Of a stretch of DNA of 31,800 nt, positions 1-9,090 are shown one piece after another. The notes under the pieces were generated by a model. That model saw nothing but the letters and a program-made list of their open reading frames with translations, did not search any database and was not told the DNA's origin. How positions within the stretch are numbered: position 1 is the stretch's first letter; the number at the start of each line of letters is the position of its first letter. The DNA comes from Candidatus Bathyarchaeia archaeon (GTDB lineage Archaea; Thermoproteota; Bathyarchaeia; Bathyarchaeales; Bathycorpusculaceae), in NCBI GenBank assembly GCA_049515895.1, contig JBEKTQ010000029.1, forward strand, positions 1 through 31,800. The letters run 5' to 3'. The position numbers were made by a program, and so were the translations under genes.

Positions 1-106
1 GCCAATCGTCCAGATCTATTTCCATTTCTTTGACTTTTCCTATTTTCTCGTCTACCGCCCACAATTCTTTATCCAAAATCTCTTTACTTTTCGCTTTCGC
101 ACTCAT
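1..106 (-). CDS. PRC-barrel domain protein (5' part; runs off window start)
   Basis: Manual translation from ATG at 106: MSAKAKSKEILDKELWAVDEKIGKVKEMEIDLDDW, resembling the PRC-barrel 'xIGkVkDleiD' pattern; AGGAGG Shine-Dalgarno (SD) at 118-123 on minus strand. Not in ORF track. Confidence 0.7.
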   Translation of the reverse strand, partial: MSAKAKSKEILDKELWAVDEKIGKVKEMEIDLDDW

Positions 107-286
107 ACTTATCTATCCCTCCTTTCTACGCCATGATTTGAGCTACGTAATAAGTAGTCAATTGGCAGGGTTAAACGTGTGTGACTGGGGGCGCACACTC
201 ACATTCTGACTTAAAATCCTGCGTTATTTTTTTGAGGATGAGATTGTAGTTGTAAGTTACTTATGTCCGCAAAACAGTTGAACCGT

Positions 287-341
287 GAATCAAAACCATT
301 TTTCGTCAATTAAAGAGCATACGCGCGCGAATTAAAGAAAA
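287..341. repeat. Dispersed ~55-bp intergenic element, copy 1
   Basis: GAATCAAAACCATTTTTC-N10-GAGCA-TAC-GCGCGCGAATT-A-AAGAAAA; aligns by eye with 29931-29988. Confidence 0.7.
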
Positions 342-507
342 GATTAAAGTTAAGTAAAAAAAAACGATTATTATCAATCCATGTTCTAATTTCGGAAACT
401 TGTTTATGGGGCAAAACCGTAAGTTGCGACGAACTTTATGGTAAAACTTGCGATGAGCGACCGTATTATAATATTAACGCTTAATTCGCTATAGGTGAAA
501 AGAACGG

Positions 508-765
508 TTGAGTAAACTTGGAGAATCAATTAAAAAATGGGTTTGCAGATATACCCGATTTAGCATTATCGGAACAGCAGTTTGGGTGGTAAATACTGTT
601 CTATAATTTTCTTTGTTTAGGTTCTTTGGTGAATTAACATGGTTTGTTACTTTATTTACTGGAGTAATGGAGTTTGCGTTAATTACTGTCTTCAATAAGA
701 AAGGTAAAGGCAATATGTTTGATAGACCAAAAGGGAATAAGTGTACATCAAATGATGGCAAATGA
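508..765 (+). pseudogene. Small GtrA-like membrane protein interrupted by in-frame TAA (604-606)
   Basis: TTG at 508 with AGGTGA SD at 493-498; reads MSKLGESIKKWVCRYTRFSIIGTAVWVVNTVL*FSLFRFFGELTWFVTLFTGVMEFALITVFNKKGKGNMFDRPKGNKCTSNDGK; RF-x-x-x-G...VN pattern of GtrA-like first helix, hydrophobic frame continues past the stop. Confidence 0.6.
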
Positions 766-1001
766 TTAATCAGGCTTTGTGTATTTATGAGCATTTAGAT
801 TGGCATAACTTGAACTGAAATAAACAGTCTTTATGTTTGGTAACTTAACTCTGCGCGCGTTAGAATTGCCCTTTTCCCACAAGAACCGTGAGGACTGGCA
901 AGTTTTACAGAATGACATAAAGACTGGTTTCAACTGCAGAGCAGGCAAAGATCATATTTGAGGATTTGGTAATAAAATACCTATAGTATTCTGGTGAGAT
1001 A

Positions 1002-1514
1002 ATGGTAACTAAAGGTGCTAAAGTAGACCGGGTAGATGCCGAAATAGATGAAATAGCACAAAGGATCTTGAAAGAGCTTGAAAGCGCAACTGCCACAAAT
1101 TTATCAGACGCTCGTTATGCGAAAAAAATATTGCATTTAGCAGACATACATTACGCAAAAAGTGTATTGCAACAGATAGGAAGTATTACAAAGCAAAACA
1201 GTGGAACTGAAAGTGAGATCGAGAAAAGAGCCGTAATCAAGGTTCTATTGTTTTCTACATGGTTGCAGAGACTTTATTTCATCATAAGATCCTACATCAT
1301 GGGGCTGATAGCTTCAGCCGTTACATTCCTTTTCATCTTTTTCCTTGGCTCAATAAACGCTATTACATTTTATTTCTTTGGCATATTTACGTTTGCGCTT
1401 TCGTTGGTTATAACAAGACTGTTTGATGTGCAATTAACACAAGCCACAAAAAAGATCGTCGAAATCATGGCTAGCCATAGAACCGTTAGAGATTTTATCA
1501 TGAATCACTTCTAA
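1002..1514 (+). CDS. Hypothetical membrane protein (about 2 C-terminal TM helices)
   Basis: 170-aa ORF, GGTGA SD at 993-997, hydrophobic stretches YIMGLIASAVTFLFIFFLG and ITFYFFGIFTFALSLVIT. Confidence 0.75.
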   Translation: MVTKGAKVDRVDAEIDEIAQRILKELESATATNLSDARYAKKILHLADIHYAKSVLQQIGSITKQNSGTESEIEKRAVIKVLLFSTWLQRLYFIIRSYIMGLIASAVTFLFIFFLGSINAITFYFFGIFTFALSLVITRLFDVQLTQATKKIVEIMASHRTVRDFIMNHF

Positions 1515-1735
1515 CTCCAGAATATAACAGTCAAATAGGATTGCCAGTTTACACTTGCATCAATGGGCGGTCTCTATTTTTCTTTTTTTCCTCTCCAAGA
1601 AGAGGGCTTTCGAAGATTCATCACTGTTTAAATGGACTTGAACCCGTTTCAGACTGTGTTAAAACTCAGAGCTAATTCCTGAGGGCATTTAACATCTGAA
1701 CTGTTATCTGCAAGTCTCTTTTACTAGAGATAAGA

Positions 1736-1918
1736 GTGATTCACGCGTTGACGAAGCTGCAAGCCACCGAGGAAGCCGAGGCGGCCACCAAGCTGATGAT
1801 TGAGCGACAGGGCTTCAACGAGTTTTACAAGCCAACAACTGGGGTTCCAGGAGGAAGTAAGGGGCAGCTTTGGACAGCGGCAGCTGTGCTTTCCGCAGTT
1901 GACTCTCGCAAGTTTTAA
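1736..1918 (+). pseudogene. C-terminal remnant of an (alpha/alpha)6 glycoside hydrolase (GH63/amylo-alpha-1,6-glucosidase-like)
   Basis: GFNEFYKPTTGVPGGSKGQLWTAAAVL resembles the C-terminal 'GFxEyYxPxTG..G...WTAA' motif; only 60 aa, with an in-frame TGA upstream at 1697-1699. Confidence 0.55.
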
Positions 1919-2053
1919 CAAAAAGTGCGCTGAAAAAGGCCCAAGCTTGTTTTTTCCTAAAATGAGGCGGAGGTCCCCTTTCCCTACTAACAGCTTGACG
2001 GAAAAGACAAAAACATTAAGGTCGGTTCGCCGATTTGATAGCTGGGGATCGCT

Positions 2054-2509
2054 ATGCCGTTACAGGTTAGATACCATTTTACTCAGCGTTTCGCCGTTTC
2101 CGCTCAAAAGGTTTTTGAATGGTGTACTGACTTCGGACCAAATGATCATGCGTTGATGGGTGAGGTAGGCGTTGAGCGGCAGGTGACAAGCATCGCCGAC
2201 GGCACAATGATTCTGAAGGACATTTTCCATACAGCGACAGGCGTAGTTGAGAAGGAAAAGCTTGTGCAGCTCTATCCAGACCAATTGGCGTGGGTATCTA
2301 CGCATTTGACAGGTCCAAACAAGTATTCCCAGTTCCTGTACCGAATTTCAGCCGACGGCAAAGAGGCTTCCATTTTGGATTTCACGGGTCTACATTTGGA
2401 TTATCAGGAAGATGCAGATATTAAATTACTTGCTCAAAAATTGTGCCTAGAAGACGCGGCGGCATGGAAGCTTTTGGCAAGAGCAATGAAAAAAGAACTG
2501 GGAAAATAA
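2054..2509 (+). CDS. Hypothetical protein, probable SRPBCC/START-like fold
   Basis: 151 aa; N-terminal 'TQRFAVSAQKVFEWCTDF' and C-terminal amphipathic helix 'AAAWKLLARAMKKEL' typical of helix-grip proteins. Confidence 0.6.
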   Translation: MPLQVRYHFTQRFAVSAQKVFEWCTDFGPNDHALMGEVGVERQVTSIADGTMILKDIFHTATGVVEKEKLVQLYPDQLAWVSTHLTGPNKYSQFLYRISADGKEASILDFTGLHLDYQEDADIKLLAQKLCLEDAAAWKLLARAMKKELGK

Positions 2510-2694
2510 GTTTTAATGCTTGTCTGCCAATTAGGCTGCTCTAGATGCCCCTATTTGGATCATCTAGCGGACCGGGGGGTCGGCTGTGAGAGAGAAATCG
2601 ACTCGCGCGAGAGGAGGGAGAGGGTCTAGTATTTGTGACCAAAACCCACCACGAAAATGACGTTCAAAATCAAGCGGGCGAATTGAAGGCGAGG

Positions 2695-4647
2695 TTACAT
2701 TTTGTCTGGCGCGACAACCCCGACAAGCGTCAATGCATTGTGCATCACGATTTCTATGGCTTGCGTCAATGCTAAACGTGCATCAATCAGCCCTTCTGAA
2801 TCCGCCTTTAGCACGGGTAGGGCATTGTAGAACGTGTTGAATTTGTCTGCTAATGCGTTTGCATAATCGGCGATTAGGTTGGGTTTTAGGTATTCTGTGG
2901 CTTCGATAAAAGCGTCTGGGAAGCCTGCGAGGTTCAACACCAACTCGCGTTCAAGCTTCTGCGAAAGCAGCTCGTAATTTGGTTTCTCTGGTTCTCGGCC
3001 GGCTTTGCGAAGAATGCTGCAGGATCGCGCATGAGTGTACTGAACGTATGGTGCACTGTTGGTTTCAAAGTTGAGCACGCGCTCCCAAGTGAAGACAACA
3101 GGCTTCGAAGAGTCAACGTCAACAAGGGCATATCGCACCGCCCCTAACCCTACGAAGTTAGCGATTTTACGTTTTTCCTCCTCAGAAAGCATGGGTGAAC
3201 GCTTCGAAACCTCTTCGTACGCCCGTTCAACCGCTTCGTCAAGGACCTCATCAAGAGTGATGTAATGCCCCCTGCGGCTGCTCATCTTGTACCCGGGCAA
3301 AGTGACCAAGTTATAGGCGAAGTGCACTAGATTGTCAGCGTATTCGCCGTACCCCAACGCGTACAGTGCGAGTTTAAGCTGCAACTGAGCAAGCGACTGC
3401 TCCATACCTATGACGTTGATGACCTTCCGAGCGTGTTTAAACTTCCACAGTGTGTAGGCTACGTCGCGGGTCGTGTAAAGAGTCGTGCCGTCGGCGCGCA
3501 TAAGCGTAAGCGGCGGGACCTCGTTGTTCTCGCTCAAGCCCAGTTTGCCCTTCAAACCTAGCACCTGCGTCACTTTTTCAGCATCAAACTCAAGAATGCC
3601 CTTTTCACTGAAAACAAACGGCGAAGTCTTAAGTTTCTGCATAACCTCATTGACCTGCATGCTCCAAACAAAGTCGCTTTCCCAATCCCAACTGTCGTAG
3701 GTTACCCCGACGCGCTTCATGGTTTCTCGGAAGCCTCCAAGGCACAAATCACTGACTTCACGGATAAGCTGCTTAGCGCGGGGTTCACCGTCCTCGTAAG
3801 CACGGTTAAGCCTACTGATTTCTTCCTCTGGATTTTCATCCATGCCGATTTTGACCATCAAAGCCTCAAACAGGACAGGATGCTTCTCTTTCAGTTCCGC
3901 AGCAATCGACATCCACTCATCGATTTCCTTGTTTGTCTTGGCCAAATCATCCATTGAATTTACTGCAGCGGCAAGGTCACGCACTCTCTTCAAACGGTTA
4001 ATTTCAACAAGGCAGCTGGTCACCGTGTAAATTTTGCCCACGAAAAGATCCGGTTTTTCAGTTGGTTTGGGCCTGCTCAGCTTGTCGTACCCATAAGCGA
4101 TGACGGAGGACTGCCTTCCAACGTCGTCGATGTAGTAGTGCCGTGAAACCTGGTGTCCTCGGCACTCTAAGATACGTGCCAAAGCGTCGCCAAGCATCGG
4201 GTTCCTGGCTTGACCGATATGGATTGGGTGAAGCGGGTTAACGCTGGTATGCTCAACAATGATTTTGGTAGGCTTAGAGGTTTTAACAAACCCGTAATCA
4301 AACTTTAACCTCTTAATCGACTCCAGCGTTAGGGCTGAAAACTTTGGGAAGTTAACATAAAAATTGATGTAGCCAGCACCTGCGCAGGAAACCTTCTCAA
4401 TTAAATTGAAGTTTGATGCATTGATCGCGCCTGCAAGATGCTCAGCTAAGGCGAGCGGTTTCTGATTCAGTTTCTTCGCCAGCTCGAAACAAAGCGATGA
4501 AGCCAACTGCCCGTACTCGATGTTGGGCGTCTTGCTTAGTGAAATATTCGGTATCCTTATTTCCGGCAAAGCCTTCTTCAAAGCTTTGGCTAGCACCGTT
4601 TGGCATTCACTGCGGAACTGTTCGAACGGATTTTCAGCAATCATCAT
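2695..4647 (-). CDS. argS: Arginine--tRNA ligase
   Basis: 650 aa; EHTSVNPLHPIHIGQARN (HIGH-like), RADGTTLYTTRD, KMSSRRG, YVQYTHARSCSIL and FNTFYN anticodon-binding motifs. Confidence 0.97.
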   Translation of the reverse strand: MMIAENPFEQFRSECQTVLAKALKKALPEIRIPNISLSKTPNIEYGQLASSLCFELAKKLNQKPLALAEHLAGAINASNFNLIEKVSCAGAGYINFYVNFPKFSALTLESIKRLKFDYGFVKTSKPTKIIVEHTSVNPLHPIHIGQARNPMLGDALARILECRGHQVSRHYYIDDVGRQSSVIAYGYDKLSRPKPTEKPDLFVGKIYTVTSCLVEINRLKRVRDLAAAVNSMDDLAKTNKEIDEWMSIAAELKEKHPVLFEALMVKIGMDENPEEEISRLNRAYEDGEPRAKQLIREVSDLCLGGFRETMKRVGVTYDSWDWESDFVWSMQVNEVMQKLKTSPFVFSEKGILEFDAEKVTQVLGLKGKLGLSENNEVPPLTLMRADGTTLYTTRDVAYTLWKFKHARKVINVIGMEQSLAQLQLKLALYALGYGEYADNLVHFAYNLVTLPGYKMSSRRGHYITLDEVLDEAVERAYEEVSKRSPMLSEEEKRKIANFVGLGAVRYALVDVDSSKPVVFTWERVLNFETNSAPYVQYTHARSCSILRKAGREPEKPNYELLSQKLERELVLNLAGFPDAFIEATEYLKPNLIADYANALADKFNTFYNALPVLKADSEGLIDARLALTQAIEIVMHNALTLVGVVAPDKM

Positions 4648-4737
4648 TCTTTTTCTCCGTATTATTCGGACGACAACTTGCTTAGTTATGTTTTAAAGTT
4701 AAACCGTTACTTATCTGTGTAATGGACGCAATTAGCG

Positions 4738-5595
4738 ATGAAAACTAAAATAGTTTATTCTGAAAAATGTTTAGGCTACGGCGCATGGCACATTGAGGGA
4801 CCGCAAAGACTCAAGGTTGCATCTGAAATTCTGAAAGGCAAAGGTTACGAGTTTCTGGAGCCTAAACCTGCATGCGAAGATGACTTGCTTACTGTGCATG
4901 ACGCCGATTATCTTTGGAACTTAAAGAAAGGTCTAGTGGAAGATCCTGATACACCAGCATACGATAACATCTATGAGTACGCAAGGCTTTCGGTTGGCGG
5001 TGCTCTTTTAGCCAGTCAAATCAACGGGTTCTCTCTTATGCGTCCTCCAGGGCATCACGTTGGCCGAAATGGTGCTGCATTAGGCGTTCACTCGCGTGGA
5101 TTCTGCTACCTCAACAATATCGCAATAGCTGTAGAAAAAATAGGCAAAAAAACTTTGATTTTGGACATTGATGGACACCATGGGAATGGAACCCAAGAGA
5201 TTTTCCAAGAAAACCGGAAAATCGTGTATCTTTCCCTGCATCAGTCACCAAATTACCCTGGAACAGGCGATTTTACCGAGGGAAATTGCATCAACTTTGT
5301 TTTGCCGCCAGACGCTGGAGGGCAACTTTACTTGAAGACGCTGGATAAAGCCGTTGATATGGTTGATTTCGGCAAAGTCGAGATAGTTGCGGTATCAAGC
5401 GGTTTTGACACTCACTTGGGGGATTTAGCGACTTTAGGGTTGGATGAGCGTGACTACTGGGAGATCGGAAAAAGAATTGCGAAAATGGGAAAACCAGTCT
5501 TTTTTGTTTTGGAAGGCGGCTACATTGGCGAAAAACTCGGTTTAGACATTGATAGTTTACTGAGAGGTTACGAAGAAAACAAATATGTTGAATAG
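4738..5595 (+). CDS. Histone deacetylase/AcuC-family Zn-dependent amidohydrolase
   Basis: RPPGHH, GFCYLNN, DIDGHHGNGTQ, SLHQ..YPGTG, SSGFD and LEGGY motifs. Confidence 0.93.
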   Translation: MKTKIVYSEKCLGYGAWHIEGPQRLKVASEILKGKGYEFLEPKPACEDDLLTVHDADYLWNLKKGLVEDPDTPAYDNIYEYARLSVGGALLASQINGFSLMRPPGHHVGRNGAALGVHSRGFCYLNNIAIAVEKIGKKTLILDIDGHHGNGTQEIFQENRKIVYLSLHQSPNYPGTGDFTEGNCINFVLPPDAGGQLYLKTLDKAVDMVDFGKVEIVAVSSGFDTHLGDLATLGLDERDYWEIGKRIAKMGKPVFFVLEGGYIGEKLGLDIDSLLRGYEENKYVE

Positions 5596-5599
5596 AAGA

Positions 5600-6235
5600 C
5601 TACTGTTTTTGCCTTTTGTCCATCGTCTTCTTGTTCAGCTTTTCAAGTGTAGCCGAAACTTTTTCGGATCGTTTCTCCGCCGAAGCCAATAGCGGTTTCC
5701 AATCCTTGTTCTTCGCCATCGTGGCCATCTGTTCGCATTGCGCAGGCAGATTTGCCAGTGCGTCGTTAAAGAGTTTGTCCGCTGCCTCATCAGACTCAAC
5801 TACTTCTAGGGCTTCTTCGGGGCATGCTTCCTTGCATTTAGGTTCGCCTTCGCACAGGTCGCACGCAATGGCTTTTCCCGTTTCTGGGTTTATAGTTATT
5901 CCACCATGTTCACAGGCTTGAACGCACCAGTCACAGCCTTCGCAGGCTTTGTCATCGATGATAAGTAGACCAGTTTCTTCTGCCTGTATGATTGCTTTCT
6001 TTGGGCATGCTTTAACGCATCTCGCGTCTTTGCAGCCTCGGCATGACAGTGCAAAGTTGAAGAGAGGCGTCATGCGAACAACTCGGATCCTTGACCTCAT
6101 CGGATTCCAGATTGCTTCGCCTTTCTCCACTGTGCAAGCGTATTCGCAGATTCCGCAGCCGATGCATTTAACTGGGTCAACGGCAACGAATTTTCTTTTC
6201 TGTTCTGTTTTAACAGATTGCATTTTGATGACCAA
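5600..6235 (-). CDS. 4x[4Fe-4S] ferredoxin-like electron-transfer protein (DmsB/CooF/HycB type) with C-terminal helical extension
   Basis: Four Cys groups: CIGCGICEYAC, CRGCKDARCVKACP, CEGCDWCVQAC, CDLCEGEPKCKEACP. Start may be ATG 6223. Confidence 0.9.
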   Translation of the reverse strand: MVIKMQSVKTEQKRKFVAVDPVKCIGCGICEYACTVEKGEAIWNPMRSRIRVVRMTPLFNFALSCRGCKDARCVKACPKKAIIQAEETGLLIIDDKACEGCDWCVQACEHGGITINPETGKAIACDLCEGEPKCKEACPEEALEVVESDEAADKLFNDALANLPAQCEQMATMAKNKDWKPLLASAEKRSEKVSATLEKLNKKTMDKRQKQ

Positions 6236-6487
6236 ACCTTTCTTTGGTGTTAGGAAGTTTGTGCATAATTCCTTTTAACCGTTGCTTAAGAAAAGCATTC
6301 TTTTTATTGGAAAAAAGCCGGGCAAATCTTCCTTTATCCCCTTACCCATCGCTCCCAGCGCCCTGTAACCTTGACGGCACCAGTTAACAAGCTTGTGCTA
6401 TTTTATCGGTTGGATTTGCGTGTTGGCGACTTTTCGGCATGGCAAATTTCATATACAAGTCGAATAATCTAAAACGGGGTGCAGCAA

Positions 6488-7552
6488 ATGAGTGAATCAT
6501 ACTTCAAAAAGAAACTTGAACCGATCAAGGTAAAACAAAAAAGCATTTCCCAGCTTCTTTCAGAAATGAGCAGAACCGCTTACCAGGGACGCAAACTTGG
6601 CGAGGCAGTTGATGTTTGGGAAAACATGCTAAAAGAAAAAGATCTTACCATCGCAATGGGCTTCGCTGGTTCGATGAGCACAGCGGGGCAATGGACAATT
6701 ATCAACTGGCTTATAGAGAATCGTTTCATAGACGTGTTAGTTTCCACCGGTGCTAACGTTTCAGAAGATATAGTTGATGCAATGGGGTTAGGTTACTGGC
6801 AGGGAAGCCACATGGTTGACGACTCAGCGTTGCTTAAAGCTGACGTTAACAGGTACTACGACGTTTTCGGAAAAGAGACTGATTACCGAAAAATGGAAGA
6901 ACTAATCACCGATTTCGTAATGACTCTTAAAACCGACTACAACTACACATCCGCAGAGTTTCTGTATCTGCTCGGCAAGTACCTTGGCAAGAAAAAGATT
7001 CCAGCCATCTCAACCATCGCCGCAGCCAACGGGGTTCCAATCTTCAGCCCAGCCATGGTTGACAGCGCTTATGGCGAAACATTCCTTATGGCTAAAAACC
7101 AAGGTCACAGTGTTCACATTGACTCAGTGAAGGAATTCGACGAGTTCATCAGTATAGGCACGAAAACCAAGGACGTCGGCGTAGTTTACATAGGCGGCGG
7201 AGTACCCAAAGACCTTACACAGCTCATCGCCATATCCGTTTCACCCCTCACCTGTGACGAAGGCGTCAAAGGCAGAAAAGGCGGCTTACGCAAAGGTCTG
7301 CAGGAATACTACTACCCCCACAAATACGCCATACAAATTACGACGGATTCAGCGCAGTGGGGAGGCTTAAGCGGTTGCACGTTGGAAGAAGCCATCAGTT
7401 GGGGCAAAATCAACAATCAAGACGGAACACGTGCAGTCTGCTATTGCGATGCCACTATCGCGTTGCCGCTGATAGCACATGCGCTTTGCGAAAGAATGAC
7501 CGAAAAGCGGAAAGGGCCAGATATGAACTGGCTATTCAAAGGTGTAACTTAG
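6488..7552 (+). CDS. Deoxyhypusine synthase-like protein (paralogue; possible homospermidine synthase type)
   Basis: VSTGANVSED, PAMVDS, IGGGVPKD, WGGLSGCTLEEAISWGK (catalytic Lys), DATIALP; GGGGTG SD before ATG 6488. Confidence 0.88.
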   Translation: MSESYFKKKLEPIKVKQKSISQLLSEMSRTAYQGRKLGEAVDVWENMLKEKDLTIAMGFAGSMSTAGQWTIINWLIENRFIDVLVSTGANVSEDIVDAMGLGYWQGSHMVDDSALLKADVNRYYDVFGKETDYRKMEELITDFVMTLKTDYNYTSAEFLYLLGKYLGKKKIPAISTIAAANGVPIFSPAMVDSAYGETFLMAKNQGHSVHIDSVKEFDEFISIGTKTKDVGVVYIGGGVPKDLTQLIAISVSPLTCDEGVKGRKGGLRKGLQEYYYPHKYAIQITTDSAQWGGLSGCTLEEAISWGKINNQDGTRAVCYCDATIALPLIAHALCERMTEKRKGPDMNWLFKGVT

Positions 7553-7554
7553 CC

Positions 7555-7584
7555 GCTTGACTTTTCTGTCAAGCTAAACTTTTT
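7555..7584 (+). terminator. Hairpin plus T-tract after DHS-like gene
   Basis: GCTTGAC-ttttct-GTCAAGC 7-bp stem directly after the stop, followed by TAAACTTTTT. Confidence 0.4.
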
Positions 7585-7823
7585 CCGGGGCAACCCCATC
7601 ATAGAGCAGTCGCATTTAGTTTTTGATTAGCTGTGTAGCGAAGAGCCACTCATCAGAAATTATTAGAATTTTTATTATTAAAGAAAGAACAACAAGCATT
7701 TTTTGGTTCCTGTACTACTAAGCTTATTGATTACCATAGATTAAGACCTATAAGTATACCCTCGAAATCGCTGCTGTAATTGGAGAAGAAGAAACTTTGT
7801 TAATGGACAATTGGCAAGAGGCG

Positions 7824-8927
7824 TTATTGTTGCGCTATGCTTGCGTTTGGAGTAGCAACATTACTTGTCTCTTGGCGGCGAGGCGGCGCTAGCACGTTTT
7901 TGGCTCCGACGATTTGAACTATTACGTAGCCTATTATTAGGGGAGACCAGAAGGTCACGCTTCTCACAAGTGCCGCGGTAATTCCGCTAAGAGCTGGGTT
8001 CAAGCCGTAAAGCACAAAAATGGTTGCCAATAGTATGTCAAGCGTGCCCACAGAGAAGCTTGCTGAGACATCCGTCAAAGATCCCGCTACAAAATAGATT
8101 ATAATGAAGAAACTGAAAGATTGGTTGAAGATGCCGAGTGCAAAGAAAACTAGAAGATACTGGGAAAGGTTAAACAACCATGATATTGTTAGGAAAACGA
8201 AAGGTTTTACTAGGTACCTTGGTTTTTCGCGGAAGGTTTTGAATCCCGAATAAAAGGAAGCCAGACTGTTCTTTGTTTCCGGTGACAGGTCACTTGATTG
8301 GTATTTCTTAGGCCGCAGAACTCTCAGAACTTTTAACCCTAAGGACGCCATCTTTCCAGCTGCTTTTTCGCTGAAAGCCAAGTACAGCAGAATGACGAGG
8401 TAAGCCGTGGCGCCGATTAGGATAAAAATGAAAACGGTTAACACTACTGCTGGGATGTTAGCTTTTAGGAATAGTAGCCCCGCGCTCGCGAAAAGCCCAG
8501 TTACAACGATTAAGTAGGCTATTATGCGGTTCGTTATTCCTCCGGCGGCAATTACACCGTAATTATCACTAGTTTCTTTATGGACAAGGTACAATCTTGT
8601 GAGTTCGCCGCAGACTGTTTCACAAGGAACAATTAGATCAACAAAGTAGCCAGTCCAATAATACAAAAACGCGTTTTTCAAGCTTATCTTGACTGAAAGC
8701 GTATTTAGAACCGCTCGCCAAGAGACAAGCCAAAAAAAGTTGCCGAGCAAAACCGCACCTATTGCCAAGGAATAGTAAAAAGCATATTGCCCTGGGTTCA
8801 CTCCACTCAGGACCACCAATATGTTTTTGAATCCAGCAAAAAAATACAGGTATAAGACGAAAACAGTTAGCCCTATGAAGATGAAGAAGAAAGATTTTCG
8901 AATTGATAAATACTTGATCGCTGACAA
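7824..8927 (-). CDS. Lysylphosphatidylglycerol synthase TM-domain / flippase-like protein (UPF0104, AglD2-like)
   Basis: 367 aa, multiple TM helices; SWRAVL, GYFVDLIVP..CGELTR, GTLD and LVRSVTFW motifs. Confidence 0.85.
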   Translation of the reverse strand: MSAIKYLSIRKSFFFIFIGLTVFVLYLYFFAGFKNILVVLSGVNPGQYAFYYSLAIGAVLLGNFFWLVSWRAVLNTLSVKISLKNAFLYYWTGYFVDLIVPCETVCGELTRLYLVHKETSDNYGVIAAGGITNRIIAYLIVVTGLFASAGLLFLKANIPAVVLTVFIFILIGATAYLVILLYLAFSEKAAGKMASLGLKVLRVLRPKKYQSSDLSPETKNSLASFYSGFKTFREKPRYLVKPFVFLTISWLFNLSQYLLVFFALGIFNQSFSFFIIIYFVAGSLTDVSASFSVGTLDILLATIFVLYGLNPALSGITAALVRSVTFWSPLIIGYVIVQIVGAKNVLAPPRRQETSNVATPNASIAQQ

Positions 8928-9090
8928 ATTGCGAATTACGCTTCCGATTACAGTTTTAAACCTAAATGGGTTACTTTACCGTTACGCCTACATTATTTTT
9001 TTTCTTTACTTTAACAACTTAACAAGGCCAATCTTTGACTTCGACATGTAGTGTCCTTAAGCGACTGTGCCAACTCAACAACAAAGAAGG

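Noticed and set aside
489-1096. Minus-strand ORFs 489-794, 766-948 and 905-1096
   Set aside because: No recognisable motifs; two are antisense to better-supported plus-strand genes.
1633-1646. Minus-strand GGGTTCAAGTCC resembling a tRNA T-loop
   Set aside because: Only 2 bp of T-stem pair next to the loop, and no acceptor, D or anticodon arms can be built.
1800-2156. 118-aa plus-strand ORF
   Set aside because: Overlaps two better-supported frames and has no protein-like features.
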